From an uncultured Gammaproteobacteria bacterium (GTDB lineage: Bacteria > Patescibacteriota > Microgenomatia > UBA1406), in the NCBI GenBank assembly GCA_964414145.1, contig CAYPVH010000001.1:156851-220850 (forward strand): a DNA stretch of 64,000 nucleotides. Direction: 5' to 3'. Shown here in pieces: positions 1-9,376 of the stretch (position 1 is its first letter; each line of letters begins with the position of its first letter). A program made the translations under genes and the position numbers. Under the pieces are notes generated by a model. That model saw nothing but the letters and a program-made list of their open reading frames with translations, was not told the DNA's origin and did no database searches.

Positions 1-1894
1 ATACCTGAAAATAGTTTTTATAAACGCCACCGGGAAAAACGTCGTTAACCGATTCGTTAATATAATCTATAACTAAATTGTTTGTTATGGCTCCACTCTT
101 ATTTATGTTTGTACTTAAACGGACCGATCTTTGCACAAAAAAATTGGCTTTATTAACACCTAAGTTGGCGTCGGCTAACATTAAATAATCCACAAAACAA
201 TTATCATTAAAGTTACACTTGGCCTCAACCATCCTTCCTGTCCAAAACAGGTTATCAAAAAAAGATTCTATTTCTACGTTTTTAAAGTATAAGGTAACTA
301 GCTTTTCGTCAAGGATACTTACCATTCTTTGCCCCAACCCCCAGTAATCAAAATTGCCATCTTCCAATCGCAAAATAAGCGACCGGAAAACCGCTTCAAG
401 AAAATTCTTTTTTCCATGCGAACCCGGGAAAAATTCTTTTTCCGCATAGGTTTGGGCCTTAATAAAAAAGTTGTCGGCAGTTACTGTTTCATCATAATCC
501 CCAACATACAACTCTGGCAAAGCTTCGATTATTTTCTGAACCGCACTTAACGTAACACCAAAAACCCCATCAAAATCGTCCCAACCAACCTCAAGGTCTA
601 CAAACTTCAGGGCGTTTTTAGCGTTTTCTGAAAAGTCAGGTGAAAAATTTGAATCTCTCAAAAACCAATGGGGTTGGTTTAGGTGTTCACGAATAGCACT
701 GGGCGGGTCAAGATGTGTTTTTAACTGACCATCAAGCGTATACACATCATAAACCATTAGTTTTTTTAAGCTGTAATCAACAAACTCAACAACAGCCAAC
801 GAACCAATAAACCCACCCCCTGGCCGTAATTCCATATTGTTCATGAACAACACCAGGTATTTGCGGGGTTTTTTTTCACCCAATATATATGGCAAGTGCT
901 CATTTAGCTTTTCAGCCAAGTCCATATATGGTTCAATCTTGGTTGCTTTCTCCAGTAGCTGATTTTTCTTTTTATTTATAAATGGTGTTTCTGTTTTTCT
1001 CCACATTGTTACCGCGCCGTAGTATGTTTCTTTTGTTTTTTTAAATTGAGCTTTTAATTTTGTTAATCTTAATCTTATTTCTTTCAACTCTGCCGTTGTT
1101 TTTGATTGTTTTATCACTAATTTACTTAAGGCTGAATAGTTTTCAACTAAACCGGCACCGCTGCCGAGTAAGTCAACCGTAATCTTTGTTGAATCATGCA
1201 GGTCAAAAATAACATTATTTATTGGCAGCCAAAATAAGGTATTTTTAGGTACAAGCACCAATTTATCGTTTACCAACTGCCACCTTTCTAACTTATCAAC
1301 TTCTTTTCTGATTAAATTAAACTCACCTCCCCGACTATCCCAAACTGCTTTAATTAACCACCACTCATAAGCAAAGCTTAAAAAATATAAGGCATTTAAG
1401 GCTAATATCATAAAGAATACGGTTTTAGAAAAGAACCAAATAACATCTATCATCTTGGGTTCAAAAATTTTTACCTGTTTGTGTTTTATGTTTTTGGCAA
1501 AGCTAAAAGAGTAGGGAACTGGAGTGCGGTAAAGCACAAACTCAACCAATTCGTTTATTGACCTGTGAATCGGACCAATATTAACCACTTTATAGTTCTT
1601 TAAATGCTTGGTGCTCCAACGACTTTGCTCTTCATATTCCTCTTTGTTGAAAAAAAAGATAAAAACATTAAGTTTGTTTTTTATTAATTCCTTCTTATTA
1701 TAAAAAGGAGTATTTATGTAAACCACCAGGTCAAAATCCTTCTTATAACCTTCTGTTTTTGTTGTTTCAAAAACGGTGTAATTTTTTGCCAGATATTTTT
1801 TTACTACTGCCGTATAGCGGGTTTTTTGGCTGTATACCAACAAACAACTCTTCTTTTCTTCAACAACCTCAACCACATATCTTTGTTTTTTCAT
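1..1894 (-). CDS. DUF4012-like membrane-anchored protein (partial; C-terminus lies beyond window start)
   Basis: Absent from the ORF track because it has no stop in the window. I translated the reverse strand by hand from the ATG at 1894 (plus-strand cat 1892-1894) to position 1 and found no stop. It begins MKKQRYVVEVVEEK, has one TM (VIWFFSKTVFFMILALNALYFLSFAY) and the motif NNMELRPGGGFIGS typical of DUF4012 proteins. Confidence 0.7.
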   Translation of the reverse strand, partial: MKKQRYVVEVVEEKKSCLLVYSQKTRYTAVVKKYLAKNYTVFETTKTEGYKKDFDLVVYINTPFYNKKELIKNKLNVFIFFFNKEEYEEQSRWSTKHLKNYKVVNIGPIHRSINELVEFVLYRTPVPYSFSFAKNIKHKQVKIFEPKMIDVIWFFSKTVFFMILALNALYFLSFAYEWWLIKAVWDSRGGEFNLIRKEVDKLERWQLVNDKLVLVPKNTLFWLPINNVIFDLHDSTKITVDLLGSGAGLVENYSALSKLVIKQSKTTAELKEIRLRLTKLKAQFKKTKETYYGAVTMWRKTETPFINKKKNQLLEKATKIEPYMDLAEKLNEHLPYILGEKKPRKYLVLFMNNMELRPGGGFIGSLAVVEFVDYSLKKLMVYDVYTLDGQLKTHLDPPSAIREHLNQPHWFLRDSNFSPDFSENAKNALKFVDLEVGWDDFDGVFGVTLSAVQKIIEALPELYVGDYDETVTADNFFIKAQTYAEKEFFPGSHGKKNFLEAVFRSLILRLEDGNFDYWGLGQRMVSILDEKLVTLYFKNVEIESFFDNLFWTGRMVEAKCNFNDNCFVDYLMLADANLGVNKANFFVQRSVRLSTNINKSGAITNNLVIDYINESVNDVFPGGVYKNYFQV

Positions 1895-1899
1895 AACCA

Positions 1900-3594
1900 C
1901 TACTGTCTTTCCACGTTAAATAAAGGGCCAACAATTTGAATATTGGCAGGCGCCCTAAGATTAAACCAGTCCTTAAACTCCGACCCACTAAACGAGTCAC
2001 TTCCCGCGTCCCCAGAAACAGTAACGCTAGATGTTTTGCCCGAATTAAGATCTGGAGAAACATTGGCGCTGCTTATGCTACCATAGGGCGTTGTTCCTCT
2101 TGCTCTAAGTTCAGACCTTACCTTATCTGCGCTCCATATTTCACCACCATAAGGATGGGGTTTGTCTGTTTGATACAAATGATCCCCAAGCGATGAGTCT
2201 TTTCTGGCAAGCAAGATAACATTAACTATGTCGGCAAGTTCTTCTGGTCGCAACCAGGCCGTATTGAGATATTCAGACCTTGCGCCCCAGTCACAATAAA
2301 ACCAAGGTGATTCTTTGTCATATGCCCTGTCGTTAAGTTCGGCAAAACTACCCGGGTTCCCTGTGTGACCATCAAATTTTGTTATGTTTAATATATAACC
2401 CCCATGAGTAGAGGCATATTGAGTAAATCCCGGACTACCGCCGTCTAGAAGAACCCAACCAGCCGTGTCGCTTACCGCTTGCTCCCAGTTTCCACCCTTT
2501 GGTTCCGGCTTAAACACCTGACATTGTTCAGAAGTGCATATTGGTTTTGACCCGTTTGCGGTAACACGTAGGGCATATGTTCTAGCCGCTACCGCCTGTG
2601 CCTTTAAAACAGCAGAATTATTGTCTGTCCAACTATCGGGTACTTCATATATTCTTTTTACATACTCCTCAATGCTTCCAGCCCACCCAGTGGTTGTTGT
2701 AATTTGTATATTTTGATCATAACTTTTATTTAGCTCCATCCCCGGATAATACTCCTGCAGAATTTGGTCTTCGTTTTGACCAGATTTGGCCCTTCCCCAT
2801 GCACCATATTGATTCAAACCATTCCGATGGGGCGCGCCATAAGTAAACAAAGCAAAGCTGGGTGAAAACCCAGGATTAACCCCCCTATCATCAGAGCATC
2901 CCCGCGCCGAAGTACCAGCCGACCTTGGAATATTTAAACTCGCCAATCTTTGATTAACTAATTGCTGCTGTTTTGCGCTAAGTTGGGCGATTTTTGTTTC
3001 CAATTCCGACTGATAGTTTTTCGCCTTTGCTACCTCTTCCTGAAAAAAGTCTTTTTGCTTATCTAGCTCTGCTCGGGCAGAGGCCAGTCCCAATTTTTCT
3101 TCCTCTAAACTTTGCTTCTTTTTTTCAAGATCGGTAATAAAAAAAGCAATTTTTAATATTACGTCTCTGTCTTTTTGTAGGCCTTGCCGATGATAAAAAA
3201 AACTTCTCGACGCGTCTTGAATATTCTTGGTTAAAAATAGTGCAAGTAAATTATTTAGGTAACTCCTAGATTGAATGTAGTGTTTTTTTGCCCGCTGGTC
3301 AATTACTTTTTTTTGTTCAATTAATTCCTTCTCACCAGTTTTTATTTCAGCCGCTTTCTTTTCAACCTCCAACCCAATCGCTACCAATTTGCCCTCAATA
3401 AAATTTACTTTTTGCTGAATACTGTTTAGGTTCTGCTCTAAAGGTTCCGAAGCTTTTCTAGACTCTTCAAGTAGGTTTTTTACTGCCTCTATTTCTTTGT
3501 TTATATCATCCAACTCATCCGCCCTAACAAAAAACGTGGGTGTAATCAAAACCAACCCTAAAAAAACCACTAACACTAACCAAAGTTTACGCAT
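1900..3594 (-). CDS. SpoIID/LytB-domain cell-wall protein with N-terminal signal/TM and long coiled coil
   Basis: 564 aa. Has an N-terminal hydrophobic segment and a Glu/Lys/Gln-rich coiled coil. The C-terminal half carries the SpoIID signature LKAQAVAARTYAL plus CTSEQCQVF. Its stop lies 5 nt upstream of the DUF4012 start. Confidence 0.8.
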   Translation of the reverse strand: MRKLWLVLVVFLGLVLITPTFFVRADELDDINKEIEAVKNLLEESRKASEPLEQNLNSIQQKVNFIEGKLVAIGLEVEKKAAEIKTGEKELIEQKKVIDQRAKKHYIQSRSYLNNLLALFLTKNIQDASRSFFYHRQGLQKDRDVILKIAFFITDLEKKKQSLEEEKLGLASARAELDKQKDFFQEEVAKAKNYQSELETKIAQLSAKQQQLVNQRLASLNIPRSAGTSARGCSDDRGVNPGFSPSFALFTYGAPHRNGLNQYGAWGRAKSGQNEDQILQEYYPGMELNKSYDQNIQITTTTGWAGSIEEYVKRIYEVPDSWTDNNSAVLKAQAVAARTYALRVTANGSKPICTSEQCQVFKPEPKGGNWEQAVSDTAGWVLLDGGSPGFTQYASTHGGYILNITKFDGHTGNPGSFAELNDRAYDKESPWFYCDWGARSEYLNTAWLRPEELADIVNVILLARKDSSLGDHLYQTDKPHPYGGEIWSADKVRSELRARGTTPYGSISSANVSPDLNSGKTSSVTVSGDAGSDSFSGSEFKDWFNLRAPANIQIVGPLFNVERQ

Positions 3595-3612
3595 AACACC
3601 ATTATAATAGAT

Positions 3613-4476
3613 TTACCTTTGGGTTTTCTTGGTTAAAACAGAAAAAAGAGGCGTAGCAACAAAAGGGGACGAATAAGTACCGGCCAAAGTTCCAATCAGT
3701 AGAGACACAGCAAACCACTGTATCGAACCCCCGCCTAAAATAATTAGGGCGGTTAGCATTAATACTATTGTTATTGAGTTATTAAGCGAACGCATCATTG
3801 TTAGAGTTAGCGCCGAATTCAGTACTTGGTCCATATTTGTATAATTTCCTTTTTCCTCCTCTTTAACTTTGTCAAAGATTACAATAGTGTCATGAACCGA
3901 AAAAGACATAGTTGTTAAAATCGCTGTAACAAAAAGAAGGTTAAATTCTGCTCCAAAAAAATACCCTAAAACCGACCAGCTTCCCAATAAAATTATAGTG
4001 TCATGAAGTAGGGCACCAATTGCCGACAACCCATAAGACACTTTTTTAAAACTAAACGCCACATATATTAAAATTGTAATTATCGCCAGCAAAGTTGCTG
4101 TACTGATTTTAAAAATATTATCATTACTCACTCCGGCCCCCACCAGCTCGTACCTTTCTTGCCTAACGGGGTAGTTTTTTTCTATTTCTTTAGCCAATAC
4201 CTGTGCCCGTTTCTTGTTTAGACTAACTCCTTTTATAATAAAACCCTTGCTGGTCTGTTGAAAGTCTAATCCATCCCCAACCCCATAGATTGTGTTAATT
4301 TTCTTAAAATCCACCGGCTTTTCAGCAACAAACTCCAACAATCCACCACCAACAAAATCGATTGAGTAAACAAAACCAAACTTCAAAATAAAAAAAATCG
4401 AAAAAATTACAAGAGACGCCGAAAGAAACAAATACTTATTTGTGTGTTTTAAAAAATTTATCATATTATTTTTCAA
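3613..4476 (-). CDS. secF: protein translocase subunit SecF
   Basis: 287 aa with 6 predicted TM segments and SecF-type motifs (SIDFVGG, HDTIVIFDKV). Overlaps the secD stop by 11 nt. Confidence 0.9.
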   Translation of the reverse strand: MKNNMINFLKHTNKYLFLSASLVIFSIFFILKFGFVYSIDFVGGGLLEFVAEKPVDFKKINTIYGVGDGLDFQQTSKGFIIKGVSLNKKRAQVLAKEIEKNYPVRQERYELVGAGVSNDNIFKISTATLLAIITILIYVAFSFKKVSYGLSAIGALLHDTIILLGSWSVLGYFFGAEFNLLFVTAILTTMSFSVHDTIVIFDKVKEEEKGNYTNMDQVLNSALTLTMMRSLNNSITIVLMLTALIILGGGSIQWFAVSLLIGTLAGTYSSPFVATPLFSVLTKKTQR

Positions 4477-5803
4477 TTTTATAAAGTTTCCATAATAGGT
4501 TTTTGGTAATAAAAACGCCAGTAAACAAACTCAGCACCACACCAATCGACAATGTTACGGCAAAGCCACGTATTGAACCAAACATGGGTAAAAAGTCGTA
4601 ATTTAACGGATTAAACAAAATTAAACAAACCAAAAGTGTATTGATGTTGGCGCTTTTAATTGCGCTTAGCGCCTTTAAAAAACCCAACCTTACTGCTTTT
4701 TCTCTATCTTGATCTTTTAATATTTCTTCTTTAATTCTTTCATAAATTAAAATATTAGAGTCCACCGCCATTCCAATTGACAACACCAACCCAGCAATCC
4801 CCGATAAAGTTAAAACAATTCCAAAAAATTTGTAAATAGCCCCACTAAAAAGAGCGTAAAGACCAAGCGAAAAAACCGCGACCAAACCCTCCTTCTTGTA
4901 AACCAACACCATAAACACCGCCACGCACAGTAAACCCACCAGACCGGCTACCATGCTCATCCTTACGTTTTCCGCCCCTAAGGTGGCTTCAACTGTCTCC
5001 TGGCTTATAAGTTTTATCGATGTCGGGAGTGCACCCGCATTAATCGAATCTTTATAGTTTTTAGCTTCTTCGACCGTAAACTCACCACTAATTACCGCCG
5101 TACCATTTTTAATCACCGACTGAACCACCGGACTCGTTAATAATTCGTCGTCAAGATATATTGCCAATGGTTTGTTTAGGTTTTCTTTTGTTAGCTCAGC
5201 GAAAATACCTGTTCCTTCTTTATTAAACACAAGCTCTACAACCGGTTTGCCGTTTTTTTGGTCATATGAAAGGTTGGCTTTCTTAAGATGTTTTCCACTA
5301 AGGTTGGTTTTTTCAAAATAAGCAACCTGGGCCGATTCGGTTCCCTGTTTAATTTCTTTAATTTTTTGTTCTCTAAAGTTTAGCTCGGCGGTTTTCCCAA
5401 TTAAAGCAACCGCCTCGTCGGCATTTTTATTACCGGGAATATCAACCGAGACCTTATAACGACCACCGTCTTTTAGTAAAAAGATTTGTGGTTCTCCAAC
5501 TCCATAAAAATTAACTCTTTTTTCAATTATGTTTTTAGAAGCGTCGGCCGCGTCCTCTTTTTGTGTTTTTGGGATTTTGTTCATCCCAAGTTCAAAAACC
5601 AAATGGCTTCCTCCTTGTAGGTCAAGCCCCAACCTAAATTCTTGATTAATTTTTATCTCTTTATTTAAAACGTTAATCGTGTTGTTTTCTTTCTTTAATA
5701 AAACACCACTCTTTGTTCCCGGAAGGTTTATTTTACCCGCAGGTAATACTAACCATAAAGAAAAAACACTAAGTAATAAAACGAAAATAAACGATTTACT
5801 CAT
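4466..5803 (-). CDS. secD: protein translocase subunit SecD
   Basis: SecD motifs LGLDLQGG, periplasmic domain, and C-terminal TM bundle (AVDSNILIYERIKEE). The ORF track starts at 5866, but Met22 (MSKSFIFVLL, ATG at 5803) sits 1 nt after the stop of the upstream ORF and begins the signal anchor. Confidence 0.9.
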   Translation of the reverse strand: MSKSFIFVLLLSVFSLWLVLPAGKINLPGTKSGVLLKKENNTINVLNKEIKINQEFRLGLDLQGGSHLVFELGMNKIPKTQKEDAADASKNIIEKRVNFYGVGEPQIFLLKDGGRYKVSVDIPGNKNADEAVALIGKTAELNFREQKIKEIKQGTESAQVAYFEKTNLSGKHLKKANLSYDQKNGKPVVELVFNKEGTGIFAELTKENLNKPLAIYLDDELLTSPVVQSVIKNGTAVISGEFTVEEAKNYKDSINAGALPTSIKLISQETVEATLGAENVRMSMVAGLVGLLCVAVFMVLVYKKEGLVAVFSLGLYALFSGAIYKFFGIVLTLSGIAGLVLSIGMAVDSNILIYERIKEEILKDQDREKAVRLGFLKALSAIKSANINTLLVCLILFNPLNYDFLPMFGSIRGFAVTLSIGVVLSLFTGVFITKNLLWKLYKIEK

Positions 5804-5804
5804 T

Positions 5805-6170
5805 CTAGTTTGGGGATTGTTTCTTTGTTTTATACACCTCAAGCTCCAAATATACCTTACCGCCATCCGAACCCACCTTGTTGTTTCCTACCAAAACCAA
5901 CACCTCATTAAAAAACTCATTAATAACCCGTTCGCTTAAGCCGCTGTTTTTTAATTCTCTGCTTTTTTTGTCAATTAACTCTTTAGTTTTAAGCGTCTTC
6001 CAAATTCGTTCCACTACGTCTTTATTGGCCTTATATAAAGACTCCACGTCTCCTTGTTTCTGTTTTAAATACACCGGGTTCATCTCAATATCGTTAATCA
6101 TTTGCTCAATCGGAGGAATTTTAAATATAATCTGCTCAAGTTCTTTCTTTATTTCTTTAAACTTATTCAT
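5805..6170 (-). CDS. hypothetical soluble protein, first gene of the secDF operon
   Basis: Open frame of 121-124 aa (MNKFKEIKKELEQ...) with no recognisable domain. The ATG at 6170 lies 7 nt downstream of a TAAAAT hexamer. An alternative ATG is at 6179. Confidence 0.5.
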   Translation of the reverse strand: MNKFKEIKKELEQIIFKIPPIEQMINDIEMNPVYLKQKQGDVESLYKANKDVVERIWKTLKTKELIDKKSRELKNSGLSERVINEFFNEVLVLVGNNKVGSDGGKVYLELEVYKTKKQSPN

Positions 6171-6177
6171 TAAACAC

Positions 6178-6205
6178 ATTTTAAAACAGATCGTCCGAAA
6201 GTCAA
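6178..6205 (-). promoter_or_regulatory. sigma70-type promoter for the hypothetical-secD-secF-spoIID-DUF4012 operon
   Basis: On the minus strand: TTGACT (plus 6200-6205), 16-nt spacer, TAAAAT (plus 6178-6183), then 7 nt to the ATG at 6170. Confidence 0.45.
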
Positions 6206-6217
6206 CCTAAAAACATC

Positions 6218-6267
6218 TTGACAAATTTTATAAAAACTCATATCCTAGTGTGGAAAACTTATCCATA
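6218..6267. promoter_or_regulatory. dnaA upstream control region: candidate promoter plus two adjacent DnaA boxes
   Basis: TTGACA 6218-6223, 17-nt spacer, TATCCT 6241-6246. TGTGGAAAA at 6249-6257 is the reverse complement of box variant TTTTCCACA. TTATCCATA at 6259-6267 has one mismatch to TTATCCACA. A third TGTGGAAAA lies at 6325-6333 inside the first dnaA codons. Confidence 0.6.
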
Positions 6268-6308
6268 TTTCTTACTTCAATAATTGGATATAGTTATTAT
6301 AACAACAA

Positions 6309-7634
6309 ATGGACACAGACCTATTGTGGAAAAAAACACTAGATGAAATTGAAGTTGAAGTGTCATCAAACACCTTTGTTTCTTTTTTTAAAAAAACCCA
6401 ATTAACGGGTGTAGAAAACAATAGTCTTGTCATTAGTTGCCCAAATGGAGGGGTGGGGTTTGTTTTAAACAGCAAATATAAAAAACTTATTATAAATACT
6501 GCTTCAAAATACCTCAATCTTCCCATAAGTAGTGTTCGTTTTCAAAACGGAAAAACCAACAAAATTAAGCGAGACGCTGGTCCTCTTTTTAGCAATGAAA
6601 CAAGGACTAAAGAAGAATTAATAACGCTGTCTGGTTTATCAAACAGCTCTACGTTTGAAAATTTTGCTGTTTCTGTTTCCAACCAAATGGCCCAAGCAAC
6701 CGCCCTGGCAGTTGCTAATAACCCCGGCAACGTATACAACCCCCTCTTTATTTGGGGTGGGGTCGGGGTTGGTAAAACACACTTATTAAACGCGATTGGT
6801 ACAAAAATAATCAATAACACCTCACTCTCTGTTCTTTACTGTTCAACCGAAGACTTTACCAACGCTCTTGTTTATTCAATTCGTAACAAAAAAACCGACC
6901 TTTTCCGAAAAAAATACCGCAAAACAGACGTTTTGTTGCTTGATGATATTCAGTTTATTTCCGAAAGAGAATTTGTCCAAGAAGAGTTGTTTAACACTTT
7001 TAACAAGCTCCGTGATCAAAATAAACAAATTGTTTTTACCTCAGACAAACCACCTAAGTTTATTAATAAAATTGAAAAAAGACTTGTTTCCCGTTTTTTG
7101 AGTGGCTTAGTAGTTGATATACAAACGCCGGACTTTGAATTAAAAACAGCCATACTACTTATTAAAACCAGAGAAATGGGTCTAGAAATAGACATTGAAA
7201 CCGCCAAAATCATCGCTGCCAATATTGAAGAAATCAGAGAAATAGAGGGTTTTTTAATGAAGTTGTCGGCCTTAAAACAAATTGGAACCGAAATCAGTAA
7301 AGAACTTGTAGAAAGGTTACTTGTTCAAAACCAGGGAAATCGGCAGATAAAATACAGCGCCAAAGAAATTATTCGCGCCGTTAGTAGAGAAACGGGGGTT
7401 AGGTTAAAAGACATTAAAGATGACAATAGAAAACAAAACATTGTTCAGTCACGCCACCTAATAATGTATTTATTAAAAACGCTTACAAACCTTCCCTATG
7501 AGGATATTGCACATCTCCTGGGTAAGAAAGACCACACAACTGTTATGCACGGAGTTCAAAAAATCATTAACGAAATACCAAATAACGAAGACTTAAGGAA
7601 AAAGATCGAGTCAATAAAACTAATTTTCGTTTAG
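6309..7634 (+). CDS. dnaA: chromosomal replication initiator DnaA
   Basis: 441 aa. Has the AAA+ Walker A GGVGVGKTHLL, the box LLLDDIQF, and a C-terminal DNA-binding domain (RHLIMYLLK, DHTTVMHG). Confidence 0.97.
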   Translation: MDTDLLWKKTLDEIEVEVSSNTFVSFFKKTQLTGVENNSLVISCPNGGVGFVLNSKYKKLIINTASKYLNLPISSVRFQNGKTNKIKRDAGPLFSNETRTKEELITLSGLSNSSTFENFAVSVSNQMAQATALAVANNPGNVYNPLFIWGGVGVGKTHLLNAIGTKIINNTSLSVLYCSTEDFTNALVYSIRNKKTDLFRKKYRKTDVLLLDDIQFISEREFVQEELFNTFNKLRDQNKQIVFTSDKPPKFINKIEKRLVSRFLSGLVVDIQTPDFELKTAILLIKTREMGLEIDIETAKIIAANIEEIREIEGFLMKLSALKQIGTEISKELVERLLVQNQGNRQIKYSAKEIIRAVSRETGVRLKDIKDDNRKQNIVQSRHLIMYLLKTLTNLPYEDIAHLLGKKDHTTVMHGVQKIINEIPNNEDLRKKIESIKLIFV

Positions 7635-7641
7635 TTTTTTC

Positions 7642-7736
7642 TTTTCCACCTCTTTTTCCACATTTTAATTTTGTTTTACTGGATTGTTAAAACAGTATGT
7701 TTGTTTATTTTTTATTACACTTTAAACTTATTCACA
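7642..7736. promoter_or_regulatory. dnaA-dnaN intergenic oriC-like region (DnaA boxes plus AT-rich stretch)
   Basis: TTTTCCACC 7642-7650, TTTTCCACA 7654-7662 and TTATTCACA 7728-7736 flank an AT-rich tract at 7690-7727. Confidence 0.55.
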
Positions 7737-7758
7737 CTTGTACTATAATAACTACGTT

Positions 7759-8865
7759 ATGAATATAACTGTAGTACGGGAACGTTTTTTTGAGATTTTG
7801 CAAAAGTCGTCCTATTTTATCTCATCCAAAATTAACGACATAAAAGTGTTAAAAGGCGTTCTAATAGAAGCAAACAAAAACGGTGTTTATGTTAAAACCA
7901 CCAATATTAGCGAATACTTTCAGGGTGAAATTGGTGGAAAAGTCACAGAAGAGGGCAGTGTTTTGGTTGATTTCAAGGTCTTATATGAAGTTATTCGTAA
8001 TGTTAATGAATCAAAAATAGAAATAAACAAAAAAGGAAGTAACTTAGAAGTGATAAGCACTTCGGGAGTAGTTAAGATTCCCCTGTTTACTGAAGAAAAT
8101 TTTCCTACCATGCCAAAGGTTAACGAAGGTATCGAGGTTGATGGTAGGTATTTTGAGTCCGCAAACCTGAAGAAGATAGTCTTTAGTACAGCCACAGACG
8201 ATACAAGGCCAATATTAACTGGTGTGTGTTTTGATTTTTTAAGCAACGAAACAAGACTGGTTGGAACAGATGGTTTTAGAATGTCATTGTTGGTTTTAAA
8301 AAATAACAACAAGCAGGCGTCATTAGAAGAAAGATTGGTTATTCCTTCAAGAAGCCTGTCTTCGCTAGACAGGGTGTTTTCAAACGATTTGCAAAAAGTT
8401 CTGCTTTTAAAAAAGGAAAATAAAATTGTCTTTTCTGGAAAAGGCATAGTCTTAGTGGTAAGGTTGATTGATGGCGAGTACCCTCCCTATGAAAAGGTGA
8501 TTCCCAAAGATGAGGAAACAGAATGTTTATTAAAAACAGAAGACTTAAAGAAAGCACTTAAAACAACCCAGGTCTTTGCACGCGGCGGCTCTAATATGCT
8601 ACTAATAACAGTTTCCAAAAACAGCGTTGAGTTTTTAGCAAAAAGCCAGGGTTTGGGAGAGGCAAATTATGTTGTTAACAACATAGAAAAAAGCGGTAAA
8701 GATAATAAAATAACCCTAAACCACCGCTTTTTAGCGGAGTTTTCAGAAATATCGGAAGGGGGTGTGGTTTTTAAACTTATCAATCCTTTTTCACCGGTTA
8801 TTTTCTCAAATGCCAAAAATAAAAACTATCAACATATTATTATGCCTATCCGAACCCAAAAATAA
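7759..8865 (+). CDS. dnaN: DNA polymerase III beta sliding clamp
   Basis: About 368 aa with the three-domain clamp pattern (TDDTRPILTGV, LVGTDGFRM, GEYPPYEKVIP, IIMPIR). The ORF-track TTG at 7738 lies upstream of the TATAAT at 7744-7749. The ATG at 7759 is preferred. Confidence 0.95.
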   Translation: MNITVVRERFFEILQKSSYFISSKINDIKVLKGVLIEANKNGVYVKTTNISEYFQGEIGGKVTEEGSVLVDFKVLYEVIRNVNESKIEINKKGSNLEVISTSGVVKIPLFTEENFPTMPKVNEGIEVDGRYFESANLKKIVFSTATDDTRPILTGVCFDFLSNETRLVGTDGFRMSLLVLKNNNKQASLEERLVIPSRSLSSLDRVFSNDLQKVLLLKKENKIVFSGKGIVLVVRLIDGEYPPYEKVIPKDEETECLLKTEDLKKALKTTQVFARGGSNMLLITVSKNSVEFLAKSQGLGEANYVVNNIEKSGKDNKITLNHRFLAEFSEISEGGVVFKLINPFSPVIFSNAKNKNYQHIIMPIRTQK

Positions 8866-8908
8866 ATTGTTTTTACTTTTTCTTCTTATTTTTTAATATA
8901 ATAAAAAC

Positions 8909-9361
8909 ATGTTTTTGTATGCAGGCATAGTTGTGTTTATATGGTTAATTATTATTTCTGTTTTGTTGGTGTACCTGTGGCTAAGTTTACGACCAATTTT
9001 TTCAAGTAGAGGAAGAGGGGTAAAACAAACAATCCAAGACAGCATTTTAAAAAACGACACCCTGCTTTCCCAAATTAAAAACTTAACCACAGACCTAATG
9101 TCTCAAAAAGAGAAGTCAAAATCAGGCCTACAAAAAATTGGGCTAGTCAGGTTTAATCCATTTGATAGAATAGGAGGTACGCAAAGTTATTCTTTGGCGG
9201 TTTTAAATTTGAAAGGGTCGGGTGCAGTAATAACGTTTTTGTATACAAGAACCGGGGTTCGTATATATGTAAAAGAAATACAAGACTATAAAAACAAAGA
9301 AAAAGATACAGAACTAACAAAAGAAGAAAAAAAAGCCATACAAGAAGCAAGTTTAATATAA
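8909..9361 (+). CDS. DUF4446-like small membrane protein
   Basis: 150 aa with an N-terminal TM, then LVRFNPFDRIGGTQSYSLAVLN, which resembles the DUF4446 family. Confidence 0.65.
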   Translation: MFLYAGIVVFIWLIIISVLLVYLWLSLRPIFSSRGRGVKQTIQDSILKNDTLLSQIKNLTTDLMSQKEKSKSGLQKIGLVRFNPFDRIGGTQSYSLAVLNLKGSGAVITFLYTRTGVRIYVKEIQDYKNKEKDTELTKEEKKAIQEASLI

Positions 9362-9376
9362 GTCATTAATCAAACA

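Noticed and set aside
329-550. 73-aa plus-strand ORF in the first 2 kb. Similar short ORFs occur at 1869-2063, 1936-2196 and 2534-2716.
   Set aside because: They lie antisense to, or overlap, long motif-bearing minus-strand genes (DUF4012-like, SpoIID-like). They have low-complexity or basic composition typical of shadow ORFs in AT-rich DNA.
5679-6210. Plus-strand ORFs 5679-5939 and 5878-6210.
   Set aside because: They lie antisense to the secD start and the 121-aa first gene of the operon. They have no motifs and would run into the divergent promoter region.
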